The notes under the pieces were generated by a model. That model searched no databases and was not told where the DNA came from. It worked only from the letters and a program-made list of their open reading frames with translations. Shown here one piece after another: positions 36,982 to 46,051 of a stretch of DNA of 64,000 nt (its first letter is position 1; the number at the start of each line of letters is the position of its first letter). The DNA is taken from positions 3,904,001 through 3,968,000 of the forward strand of contig OZ243972.1 of NCBI GenBank assembly GCA_965214705.1, in the 5' to 3' direction. The position numbers and the translations under genes were made by a program. Origin of the DNA: Alphaproteobacteria bacterium. GTDB taxonomy: Bacteria; Pseudomonadota; Alphaproteobacteria; UBA828.

Positions 36982-39519
36982 ATGATTCGGCACGACGCCG
37001 AAAACGCCTCCGTCACCGCGCTGCTCGGCCCGACCAACACGGGCAAGACCCATCTGGCGGTCGAGCGCATGCTGGCCCATCGCACCGGGATGATGGGCTT
37101 CCCGCTCCGCCTCCTCGCCCGCGAAGTCTATGATCGGGTGGTCGAGGAGAAGGGGGAGCAAGCCGTCGCCCTGGTGACGGGCGAAGAGCGGCGAATCCCG
37201 GAGGAGCCCCGCTACTTCGTCTGCACCGTCGAGTCGATGCCCCTGGACAGGGAGGTCGAGTTCGTCGGCGTGGACGAGGTCCAACTGGCCGGCGATCGCG
37301 AGCGCGGCCACGTCTTCACCGACCGACTCCTGCGCGCGCGGGGAACGGCAGAGACCATGTTCCTCGGTGCGGACACGATGCGCCCGCTGATCCGCACACT
37401 CGTCCCCGAAGCGCGGTTCACGAGCCGCCCCCGGCTCTCCACGCTTGCGCACGAGGGGCACTGCAAGCTCGCGCGGCTTGCGCCACGCAACGCGGTGATC
37501 GCGTTCTCGACCGAATCGGTCTACGCCCTTGCCGAGCGCATGCGGGGGCTACGAGGCGGATGCGCCGTGGTGCTGGGCGCGCTGAGCCCGCGCACGCGCA
37601 ATGCGCAGGTGGGTCTCTATCAGGCGGGCGAGGTGGACAGTCTGGTGGCGACCGATGCCATCGGCATGGGGCTCAACCTGGACCTGGATCACGTCGCATT
37701 CTCGGCTTATCAGAAGTTCGACGGCCGCACGACGCGGATGCTCACGTCAGCCGAGATCGCGCAGATCGCCGGCCGCGCCGGCCGCCACCTCAGGGACGGC
37801 AGCTTCGGTACGACCGGGGGTGTCGAACCCTTCGAGCCCTCCCTCGTTCAGGCGGTCGAAAATCACCGGTTCCCGCCGGTGCACCGGGCCTATTGGCGCA
37901 ACGCCGCGCTCTCCTTCGACTCACTGCCCGAACTGGCGGAATCGCTGGCTGAGCCGCCGCCGCTGCCCGGTCTCCGCCGCACCCACGATGCGGACGACCA
38001 TCGCACGTTGCTCGTGTTGGCCCGCGATCCGGCAATCGCGAAGACGCTGACCGGTGCGGACCGCGTCGCGCTCCTCTGGGAGGTCTGCCAGATTCCCGAT
38101 TTCCGCAAGACCATGGCGGAGGATCACGTCGGCCTCGTGCGGCGGATTTACCTCTCCCTGGTCGAAAGCGGGCGCCTGCCGCCGGATTGGGTCGGCCGTT
38201 CGATCGAGCGGCTGGCGCCCACCGAGGGAGACATTGACACGCTGACCGCCCGGATCAGCCATGTGCGGACCTGGACCTACGTGTCCCACCGCCCCGATTG
38301 GGTGGACGACGCACGCGGATGGCAGGAGCGCACGCGCTCGCTCGAGGACTCGCTCTCCGATGCTCTCCATGCGCAGCTGACCCAGCTCTTCGTCAATCGG
38401 AGAGCGCGAATAGCCCGTATCGGCAGGCGCGCGGACGAGGCGCTCTTCGCGCTGGTCGGCGAGGACGGCGCGGTGACGGTGGAAGGCGAGCGGGCCGGCG
38501 CGTTCGACGGCTTCCGTTTTCGACCGGACACGGAGGCCGAGCGCAGCCGAGAGATTCTCGCGGCCGCCAACCGCGTGGTCGAGCGCGAGGTGGCGCGGCG
38601 GGTCGCGGCCGCGGTGTCTGACGGCGACGGTGCGTTCACGCTCGGGCTTGAGGCGGGGCGGGAAGACGCGCCCCGCTGGGGCGAGATCGCCTGGCAAGGT
38701 GCATCAATTGCGCGTCTCGGGCAGGGCGACACGCCGCTCCGACCGCAGATTGCGCTGATCGGCGAGGATCATCTGAGCGCGGCGCAGCGGGAGCGCGTGC
38801 GCAGGCGCCTTCAGTCGTGGCTCGATCGGCGCATCGCGCACGACGCAAGGCCCCTGGTATCGCTGCGTGAGGCGGCGCTGGACGGCTCGGCCCGCGGCAT
38901 CGCCTTTGCACTGAGCGAAGCGCTCGGCTGCGTGCCCCGGCGCTCGCTTAGCCCCCAGATCGCCGCGCTGGACGCTGCGGGGCGGCGCGCCCTCGGCGCG
39001 GCTGGTGTCCGGCTCGGCGCGCTCACCGTGTTCTTGCCCGCCATGTTGAAGCCGGCGCGCTCGCGCTGCGCAGGCCTTCTCTGGTGGGCCTGGAGCGGCG
39101 CCGGCACGCCGCCGCCCGCGCCGGGCTCCGCGGTCTCGATGGACCGCGACCCGGCCGTCCCCGACGCGTGCTACGCGGCGCTCGGCCTGGTGCCCCTGGG
39201 CTCCCAGGTGCTCCGTGCGGATATCGCGGAGCGCCTCGCCGCGCGGCTGCGCAAGGCGGCGCGCAAGGAGCCCTTCGCCGTCGACCCCGGTTTGCTCAAG
39301 CTGGCCGCCTGCAAGCGGGCCAAGTTCGACGACATTCTCGTGGCCCTCGGCTACGCCATGGTGGGGCTCGGCACCGATGGTCTGCCGCGCTATGGGCGGA
39401 GCGGCACGCGACCACACCGGCCGACGGAGAAGGCGCGCCGCAGGGGGAGGGGGGTGGACCCCGATTCTCCTTTTGCGAAGCTCAGCGAGCTTGCCATCGG
39501 AGGCGCGCGCCCGTCGTGA
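36982..39519 (+). CDS. Suv3/MgpS-like SF2 helicase
   Basis: LGPTNTGKT, DEVQ, VATDAIGMGLN and QIAGRAGR. Confidence 0.92.
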   Translation: MIRHDAENASVTALLGPTNTGKTHLAVERMLAHRTGMMGFPLRLLAREVYDRVVEEKGEQAVALVTGEERRIPEEPRYFVCTVESMPLDREVEFVGVDEVQLAGDRERGHVFTDRLLRARGTAETMFLGADTMRPLIRTLVPEARFTSRPRLSTLAHEGHCKLARLAPRNAVIAFSTESVYALAERMRGLRGGCAVVLGALSPRTRNAQVGLYQAGEVDSLVATDAIGMGLNLDLDHVAFSAYQKFDGRTTRMLTSAEIAQIAGRAGRHLRDGSFGTTGGVEPFEPSLVQAVENHRFPPVHRAYWRNAALSFDSLPELAESLAEPPPLPGLRRTHDADDHRTLLVLARDPAIAKTLTGADRVALLWEVCQIPDFRKTMAEDHVGLVRRIYLSLVESGRLPPDWVGRSIERLAPTEGDIDTLTARISHVRTWTYVSHRPDWVDDARGWQERTRSLEDSLSDALHAQLTQLFVNRRARIARIGRRADEALFALVGEDGAVTVEGERAGAFDGFRFRPDTEAERSREILAAANRVVEREVARRVAAAVSDGDGAFTLGLEAGREDAPRWGEIAWQGASIARLGQGDTPLRPQIALIGEDHLSAAQRERVRRRLQSWLDRRIAHDARPLVSLREAALDGSARGIAFALSEALGCVPRRSLSPQIAALDAAGRRALGAAGVRLGALTVFLPAMLKPARSRCAGLLWWAWSGAGTPPPAPGSAVSMDRDPAVPDACYAALGLVPLGSQVLRADIAERLAARLRKAARKEPFAVDPGLLKLAACKRAKFDDILVALGYAMVGLGTDGLPRYGRSGTRPHRPTEKARRRGRGVDPDSPFAKLSELAIGGARPS

Positions 39520-39800
39520 CGCGCGACGCCCGCGCCCTCGCCGCGAGCCGGCTGGACAAGTGGCTCTGGTACGCGCGGTTCTTCAAGACCCGGGGGCTTG
39601 CGCAGAAGGCCTGCGAAACCGGGCGCATCCGCGTTAACGGCCGCCGCACCACCAAGGCGCATCGGACTGTCGGTCCCGGCGACGTGCTCACCTTCGTGCA
39701 AGGCAGAATGGTGAAAATCGTTCGCATCTTGGCAGTGGCGGAAAGGCGCGGGCCTGCGCCCGAAGCGCGGAAACTTTACGAGGAAATCGAGCAGGAGTAG
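39516..39800 (+). CDS. hslR: S4-domain RNA-binding protein (Hsp15/HslR-like)
   Basis: RLDKWLWYARFFKTR and RRGPAPEARKLYE; GTGA overlap with the helicase. Confidence 0.88.
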   Translation: MTRDARALAASRLDKWLWYARFFKTRGLAQKACETGRIRVNGRRTTKAHRTVGPGDVLTFVQGRMVKIVRILAVAERRGPAPEARKLYEEIEQE

Positions 39801-39872
39801 GACAGATCTGATATGGCGGGGGCGTCCGGGCACCCCTTGAGTCGGTCGCCGCCGTTATGATACGCAGCGCCC

Positions 39873-40352
39873 GTGATTGACAGGATCAAGATCCTCCTGA
39901 GCGGTGCGGGCGCCACCGGCGACGAGCCGGTGGCTGCCGAAGCGTCGAAGCTCGCGGCGGCGGCGCTGCTGGTCGAGGCGGCGTGTATGGACGGACACTT
40001 CGACGGCGACGAGCGCGACGCGATTTGTGCAGCCTTGGGCGCGCATTTCGGGCTTAACGATGCCGAGGCCGGCACTCTGATCGAGGAGGCCGAAGCCGCC
40101 CACCACAAAGCGACCGATCTCCACCGCTTCACGCGGGCCATAAACGATCGCTACGACCACGCGGATCGTCTCGCGGTGATGGAGATGCTGTGGGAGGTGG
40201 TTTATGCTGATGGTCGGCTTCACGCATATGAAGCCAATCTGATTCGCCGCATCGGCGGCTTGCTTCACATCACGGACCGGGAACGAGGGGAAGCGCGCAA
40301 ACGTGTCCTCGCCCGAGTCGGACAGGGAGCGGAGCGAGCGGCCGCCACGTAA
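39873..40352 (+). CDS. TerB family protein
   Basis: AAAALLVEAA..DG and LWEVVYADG.L..YE..LIRRI..LL. Confidence 0.85.
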   Translation: MIDRIKILLSGAGATGDEPVAAEASKLAAAALLVEAACMDGHFDGDERDAICAALGAHFGLNDAEAGTLIEEAEAAHHKATDLHRFTRAINDRYDHADRLAVMEMLWEVVYADGRLHAYEANLIRRIGGLLHITDRERGEARKRVLARVGQGAERAAAT

Positions 40353-40400
40353 GCAGCCGGCTGCGGCGCACGCACAAGCGAAGCACGGAGCACAAAGCGA

Positions 40401-40745
40401 ATGACGTATCTGGTGACCGAGTCCTGCATTCGGTGCAAGTACATGGACTGCATCGAGGTGTGCCCGGTGGATTGCTTCTATGAAGGTGAGAACATGTTGG
40501 TGATCCACCCGGACGAGTGCATCGACTGCGGCGTGTGCGAGCCGGAGTGTCCGGTCGAGGCCATTATTCCCGATACCGCAGGCGACGACGATGAGGGGAA
40601 GTGGCTGGAGATCAACACAAAGTTTGCCGAGATTTGGCCCAACATCACGCGCAAAGGCGAGCCGCCGGGGGACGCGGACGACTACAAGGACGAATCGGGC
40701 AAGTTCGAGAAGTATTTTTCGGACAAGCCGGGCGAAGGGGATTAA
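40401..40745 (+). CDS. fdxA: 7Fe ferredoxin FdxA
   Basis: [21 protein letters not shown] and [12 protein letters not shown]. Confidence 0.95.
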   Translation: MTYLVTESCIRCKYMDCIEVCPVDCFYEGENMLVIHPDECIDCGVCEPECPVEAIIPDTAGDDDEGKWLEINTKFAEIWPNITRKGEPPGDADDYKDESGKFEKYFSDKPGEGD

Positions 40746-40915
40746 GCGCGCAGGCCAAGCCCTGGAAATTGCACCGCGACTCTGGTATTGTGCAATGCAA
40801 TGCGGCGGGGCGATCGGCGCCCGGTCGACCGCGGCGGAGCACTGACCGAACGCCGCTGGCGTAAGGCCGCTTGAGGGCGGCCTTAATCTCAATCGGACAG
40901 GGAATTCGAGACACA

Positions 40916-41824
40916 GTGAGCAGCAAGGCGCCGTCGAAATCGAAGACTTCCGCTAAAGAACAGACCACCGCCAAGGCCCGCAAACGGTCTTACTCCTCCC
41001 CGAGTACAGCAGCGCGATCGAAGGCATCGGCGCGCGCTCGGACAGCGGCCAAGAAGACCACTGGCGCGGCGTCTGGCGCGCGGCGCCCCGCGGCGCGGCC
41101 GGAGGCGAAGCAGCCAGAGGCACAGGAGGGGGACACGGTGAAGCCGGCAGGTGCGGCCGGGCGCGCGAAGAGCGCCAAGGCCGCCAAGACTGCAAAGAAC
41201 GGCAAGGACACCAAAGTCGCCAAGGAGACCAAGGCCAAGGGTGGGACCAGGGCCAAGCGGGCCAACAAGGCAGTCCCCGCGGCTAAGGCAGGTACGGCCG
41301 CCGAAGCACGGCGCAAGAAGAAGGTCCTGACCGAGGTCAACGGATTTGCGGTGGGCGATCACGTGGTCTATCCGGCCCACGGCGTCGGTCGGATCACCGG
41401 CATCGACGAACGGGCGGTGGCCGACCAGACCCTGCAGATGTTCGTCGTGGCCTTCGAGAAGGACAAGATGACCCTCATGGTCCCGACCGACAAGGTGGAG
41501 TCGGCCGGCATGCGCCGGCTGAGCTCGAAAGAGACCATGGATGCGGCGATCACCACCTTGCGGGGGCGGGCACGCCAGCGTCGCGTGATGTGGAGCCGGC
41601 GCGCCCAGGAGTACGAGGCGAAGCTGAACTCCGGCGATCCGGTTTCGATCGCGGAGGTCGTGCGGGACCTGCACCGCAACGTTGGCCAGCCGGACCAGAG
41701 CTATAGCGAGCGCCAGATGTACGAGGCGGCGCTGGATCGCCTGGCGCGGGAGTTCGCAGCGGTCGACAATACCGATACCGAGCAAGCCGCGAACAAGCTC
41801 GAGGACGTCCTACGCGCGGCGTAG
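40916..41824 (+). CDS. carD: CarD family transcription factor with long Lys/Ala-rich N-terminal extension
   Basis: VVYPAHGVG, MWSRRAQEYEAK.NSGD and SYSERQ.YE; start uncertain (GTG 40916 chosen). Confidence 0.85.
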   Translation: MSSKAPSKSKTSAKEQTTAKARKRSYSSPSTAARSKASARARTAAKKTTGAASGARRPAARPEAKQPEAQEGDTVKPAGAAGRAKSAKAAKTAKNGKDTKVAKETKAKGGTRAKRANKAVPAAKAGTAAEARRKKKVLTEVNGFAVGDHVVYPAHGVGRITGIDERAVADQTLQMFVVAFEKDKMTLMVPTDKVESAGMRRLSSKETMDAAITTLRGRARQRRVMWSRRAQEYEAKLNSGDPVSIAEVVRDLHRNVGQPDQSYSERQMYEAALDRLAREFAAVDNTDTEQAANKLEDVLRAA

Positions 41825-41845
41825 GAGCGGGCCTCCCCTCAACAA

Positions 41846-42652
41846 GTGGGCTGCGCCACCAACGAACGGTTCGTGACGATCCGCAGCGGCGGTCGAATTT
41901 GGGCCGTCGGCGCGATCCACGGCGAAGCGTCGAGGCTGGCCGAGCTGCACGGCGGCATCGAAGAGCGCTTCGAGCCTGGCGACCGCATCGTCTATCTCGG
42001 CAACTTCCTTGGTCACGGCCGTGAGGTTGCCGCCACCATCGACGAGATGGTGGCCTTCCGCAGCGCATTGCTCGCGGTGCCACACATGAACCTCTGCGAC
42101 GTGGCCTACCTGCGCGGCAGCCAGGAAGAAATGTGGCAAAAGCTGTTCCGCCTCCATCTTTCGGTCGAGCCGTCGGACGTGTTGGCCTGGATGATGAATC
42201 AGGGTGTGCAGCAGACACTCGCCGCCTATGGGTGGGGAGCCGCCCAGGCGCAGGAGCGGATCGGCAACGGCTCCCAAGAGATCGCGCGCTGGCTTGGCGA
42301 AGTGCGTGCGAGGATGGAGCTGTATCCGGGGCATCAGGAATTGCTCGCTAGCGTGCGGCAGGCGGCCGTCACCGACGATGGAGCGCTACTCTTCGTGAAT
42401 TCGGGGCTTGATCCATCGCGTCCGATCGATGCCCAGAGAGACGCCTTCTGGTGGGGTGCCGATCAGCTCGCCCAGCTCACGCCGCCCTACGCCGAATACA
42501 AGAAGATCATTCGGGGCTTCGACCCGTCGCAGGGTGGCGTCAGCCTCGACGGCTATGTGGCGACGGTGGATGGCGGCGCAGGATTCGGCGGCACCTTGAC
42601 CGCTGCCTGCTTCGATTCCAAGGGCGGGGCGGTGGACCGCATCGACGCATGA
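41846..42652 (+). CDS. Metallophosphoesterase-fold protein with degenerate metal motifs (start uncertain)
   Basis: VGAIHG, YLGNFLG, LRGSQE and FVNSG align with GDxHG, GDxxD, GNHE and HAG. Confidence 0.7.
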   Translation: MGCATNERFVTIRSGGRIWAVGAIHGEASRLAELHGGIEERFEPGDRIVYLGNFLGHGREVAATIDEMVAFRSALLAVPHMNLCDVAYLRGSQEEMWQKLFRLHLSVEPSDVLAWMMNQGVQQTLAAYGWGAAQAQERIGNGSQEIARWLGEVRARMELYPGHQELLASVRQAAVTDDGALLFVNSGLDPSRPIDAQRDAFWWGADQLAQLTPPYAEYKKIIRGFDPSQGGVSLDGYVATVDGGAGFGGTLTAACFDSKGGAVDRIDA

Positions 42653-42687
42653 CTGCGGCCGCTAAGGCTGAAGAGTGAGGGCGCGCG

Positions 42688-43764
42688 ATGGCGTCTGAGG
42701 GGCAACCGGCCAACGACCTCCACAGTGGGATCAGCGAGCGCATGGGGACGGCCACCGTGTGGGCGCTGCCGGCGCAGTGGTACAGCGACCCGGAGATTTA
42801 TCAGGCCGAACGGCGAACCATCTTCTCGCGCCACTGGCTCTGGATCGGACGCGAGGCCGACGTGGCTGAGCCGGGCCAGTACATTACGGCCACGCCCGCC
42901 GAGTTTCCGGTCTTCGTGCGCCGCTCGGATAACGGCGCGCTCCACGGCTTCCACAACGTGTGCCGGCACCGGGCGTCGAAGCTGCTGACCGAGCCGAGCG
43001 GGCAGTGCCGCACCCTCGAATGCCCTTATCACGGCTGGCGTTATCGATCGGACGGCGCACTCGATCACGTGCCGCTGTTCGGCGAGGCGCCAGACTTTCC
43101 AAAGGACGAGCTGTCTCTCTTCCCCATTTCGGTCGATGTCTGGCGCGGCCAGGTCTTCGTATGCCTGGACCCGGAGGCGCCGCCGCTCATCGAGTGGCTC
43201 GGTCCGATCGAGGACGCGGTGGAACGAACCGCGCCGGCACGGGCCGAGTTCGGGCGGCGCCTGCAGTTTGTTGTCGACTGCAACTGGAAGACCTATGTCG
43301 ACAATTACCAGGAGGGCTATCACATCCCTCCGCTGCACCCCGGATTGCACCGCGACCTCGACTGGAAGCGCTACAGGGTCATCAACTTCGAGGGCGGCAG
43401 CCTTCACGAGGCTCCGACAAAGGGGAGCTCGAACCATCCCGGCGCTTTCGGTTGGCGTTTTCCCCATTTTGCGTTCAACTCGTACCCGGACGGGCTTTCC
43501 TTCATGCGGATGGAGCCGGTCGGCCCGCGCCAGACGCGCCTGGTCTACGACTATTGGCGGCCGGACTCGGTCAGCATGGAGGACTTCGAGGCGACGCTGG
43601 AATACGGCGTCCAGGTTTCGAAGGAGGACCAATGGATCACGCCGATCATTCAGGAGAACCTAGAGGCCGGCGTGTACGAGGCGGGTCCGCTCAGCCCACT
43701 GCACGAGAACGGCGTGTTCTACTTTCACGAGATGGTGCGGGAAGCCCTCGGCTCCGCAGCGTAA
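42688..43764 (+). CDS. Rieske non-heme iron oxygenase alpha subunit (choline/carnitine monooxygenase-like)
   Basis: CRHR...CPYHGW, NWKTYVDNYQEGYHIPPLH and terminal ED. Confidence 0.9.
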   Translation: MASEGQPANDLHSGISERMGTATVWALPAQWYSDPEIYQAERRTIFSRHWLWIGREADVAEPGQYITATPAEFPVFVRRSDNGALHGFHNVCRHRASKLLTEPSGQCRTLECPYHGWRYRSDGALDHVPLFGEAPDFPKDELSLFPISVDVWRGQVFVCLDPEAPPLIEWLGPIEDAVERTAPARAEFGRRLQFVVDCNWKTYVDNYQEGYHIPPLHPGLHRDLDWKRYRVINFEGGSLHEAPTKGSSNHPGAFGWRFPHFAFNSYPDGLSFMRMEPVGPRQTRLVYDYWRPDSVSMEDFEATLEYGVQVSKEDQWITPIIQENLEAGVYEAGPLSPLHENGVFYFHEMVREALGSAA

Positions 43765-44876
43765 GGCGGCAGGCGCGCTCCATTCGCGTCACCTGGGACG
43801 ACGGTACCGCCGGGACATTTCACCATCTCTGGTTGCGGGACAACTGTCGTTGTCCGCAATGCCGGCACCCGGACACCCTGGAACGAATCTTCGATCCGCT
43901 CTCCGTGCCGCCCGACCTTGAGGCCGAGTCGGTCTCGATTACCGACGCGGGCGGGCTGCGGGTCCAATGGAGGCCCGAGGGTCATGTCAGCGACTACGAC
44001 TCTGACTGGCTCAGGGAGCATCGCGGCGGCAGCGACGAAGGTTCGCAGCTAGCCCCGGTCCCCGTCACATGGGGCGCTGAGCTCTCAGGAGCCATGCCCG
44101 GCGCGGACTACGACGCGGTCACAAGCAGCGACGACGCGCTGCTGGACTGGCTCCGCCTCCTGCGCGACTACGGCGTGGCTGTCCTGCGCAACACCCCGCG
44201 CGAGCCGCTCAGCGTTCTCACCCTCGCGGGTTTCATCGGCCCCGCACGGGCGACCAATTTCGGCGAACATTTCGATGTGCTCTCGAAGCACGAGCCCAAC
44301 AGCAACGCCTATACGGCGCTCGGGCTGCTCTGCCACACCGATCTGCCCAATTGGGAACGCCCGCCCGACTACCAGTTGCTGCATTGCCTGGAGAACAGCG
44401 CCGAGGGCGGCGACTCGATCCTCGTGGACGGTTTTCGGGCTGCGGAAACGCTGCGCTCGCAGGAGCCTGCTGCCTTTCGGTTGCTCAGCGGAACGCCGAT
44501 CGATTTCCGTTTCCAGGACAGCGAGTCGGACATTCGCTTCCGGGCGCCGGCCATTGCTCTGGATGAGGCCGGCTCGGTCGCAGAAGTGCGGTTCAACTTC
44601 GCCGTGATGGGAGCCGTTCGGGCGCCGACGAACCGCATGGGAGCGCTCTGCCGCGCGCTGCGCACCTTCGGGACGGTGCTTCGCGACCCGGCGCTGGAGT
44701 GCCATTACAGGCTCAGCCCAGGCGAGCTTTTGATCTTCGATAACCGCCACGTGTTGCACGGGCGTGCAGCCTTCGATCCCTCGACCGGACGGCGGCACTT
44801 GCAGGGCTGCTACGTGGATCGCGACCAGTTGCTGAGCCGCATTCGCGTCCTTGAGCGCGCGGCGCCGCTGCAGTGA
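43750..44876 (+). CDS. Gamma-butyrobetaine dioxygenase-like TauD family protein (no clear start codon)
   Basis: [13 protein letters not shown] Zn domain, [22 protein letters not shown] and RHLQGCY. Confidence 0.8.
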
Positions 44877-44891
44877 GGGCAGGGCGTTGGG

Positions 44892-45857
44892 TCAGTTGAA
44901 CTCGCGCTCAAGGGCCTCGGCGAGTTCGAAGATGTCAACGCAGGCGCCGTGGTGGGCGACGTTGAAGATCGGCGCCTCCGGGTCGGTGTTGACCGCGATG
45001 ATGGTGTCCACGTGCTTCATGCCGGCCAGGTGCTGGACCGCGCCGGAGATACCCAAAGCCAGATAGAGTGAGCAGTTGCCCGCGATCGTGCCGGACTGGC
45101 CGACCTGGTGGGCCTTGGGCAGCCAGCCGGAATCGGCGACCGGGCGCGAGCAGCCGAGGGTGGCGCCGAGCCGTTCCGCAAGCGCCGCGAACTGAGGCAG
45201 GTTCGTGTCTTCGCCGAGGGCGCGGCCGACCGAGAGGATGAACTCCGCCTTGCCGATATCCACGTCGGCGGGTGGGGCCGGCAGATAATCGATGTGGTGG
45301 CCGGCGCCGGGCACGGCGTCGAGCTCGACCGTGACCGGCACGATACTCGCGTTGCCTGCCGCTTCGGGCGCCTGGAAGGTCGCGCCGCGCAGCGTCAGCA
45401 CGATCACGGGCTTCTCGGGGAAGGCCAAGTCCATCGAGACCTTGCCGCCGTAACCGCTGCGGGTCGCGATGGGCTCGCCGCCGTCGAGCGCGAGTCCGAA
45501 GACATCGGACGCGAAGCCCGAGCCGAGCCGCGCGGCGACCGCCGGCCCGAAAGCCATGCCGGCGGCGGTGTGGCCGATCAGGACGAGCCGGACCTGCCGC
45601 GCCTCGGCGACGGCGCAAACCGCTTCCTCATAGAGCGCGGGATCGAAATGCGCGTCCGCCTGCGCGACGGTGACGATCTCGTCGACTCCCTCCAGGTTGG
45701 CGGCGGCGGCGAGGCTGTCCGTGTCCTGACCGACGACGAGGACGGCGAGCGGGCCGCCGAGGCCGTCCTTGATCTCGGCGGCAGCGCCGATCATCTCCAG
45801 CGTGACGTCGCGCAGGAGACCGTCGAAGTGCTCAGCGACGACGAGGATCCCGGCCAT
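44892..45857 (-). CDS. etfA: Electron transfer flavoprotein alpha subunit
   Basis: [26 protein letters not shown] and [11 protein letters not shown]. Confidence 0.93.
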   Translation of the reverse strand: MAGILVVAEHFDGLLRDVTLEMIGAAAEIKDGLGGPLAVLVVGQDTDSLAAAANLEGVDEIVTVAQADAHFDPALYEEAVCAVAEARQVRLVLIGHTAAGMAFGPAVAARLGSGFASDVFGLALDGGEPIATRSGYGGKVSMDLAFPEKPVIVLTLRGATFQAPEAAGNASIVPVTVELDAVPGAGHHIDYLPAPPADVDIGKAEFILSVGRALGEDTNLPQFAALAERLGATLGCSRPVADSGWLPKAHQVGQSGTIAGNCSLYLALGISGAVQHLAGMKHVDTIIAVNTDPEAPIFNVAHHGACVDIFELAEALEREFN

Positions 45858-46051
45858 CACACCTCTCCTCGCTTGTCCCGAATGATGTCCGCGATGGCCT
45901 TGGCGACGGCGGCCGCGTCGATCATCTCCAGCGTGACGTCGCGCAGGAGACCGTCGAAGTGCTCGGCGACGACGAGGATCCCGGCCATCACACCTCTCCC
46001 CGCTTGTCTCGAATGATATCCGCGATGGTCTTGGCGACGGCCGCCGCATCG
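45790..46051. repeat. 131-bp tandem duplication of the etfB/etfA junction, creating a 43-aa hybrid ORF (45857-45988, minus strand)
   Basis: Units 45790-45920 and 45921-46051 differ at 7 positions. Confidence 0.92.

Noticed and set aside
39873-40352. TerB as part of a tellurite or phage defence operon
   Set aside because: Single gene within the housekeeping helicase-hslR-fdxA-carD block; no other ter genes.
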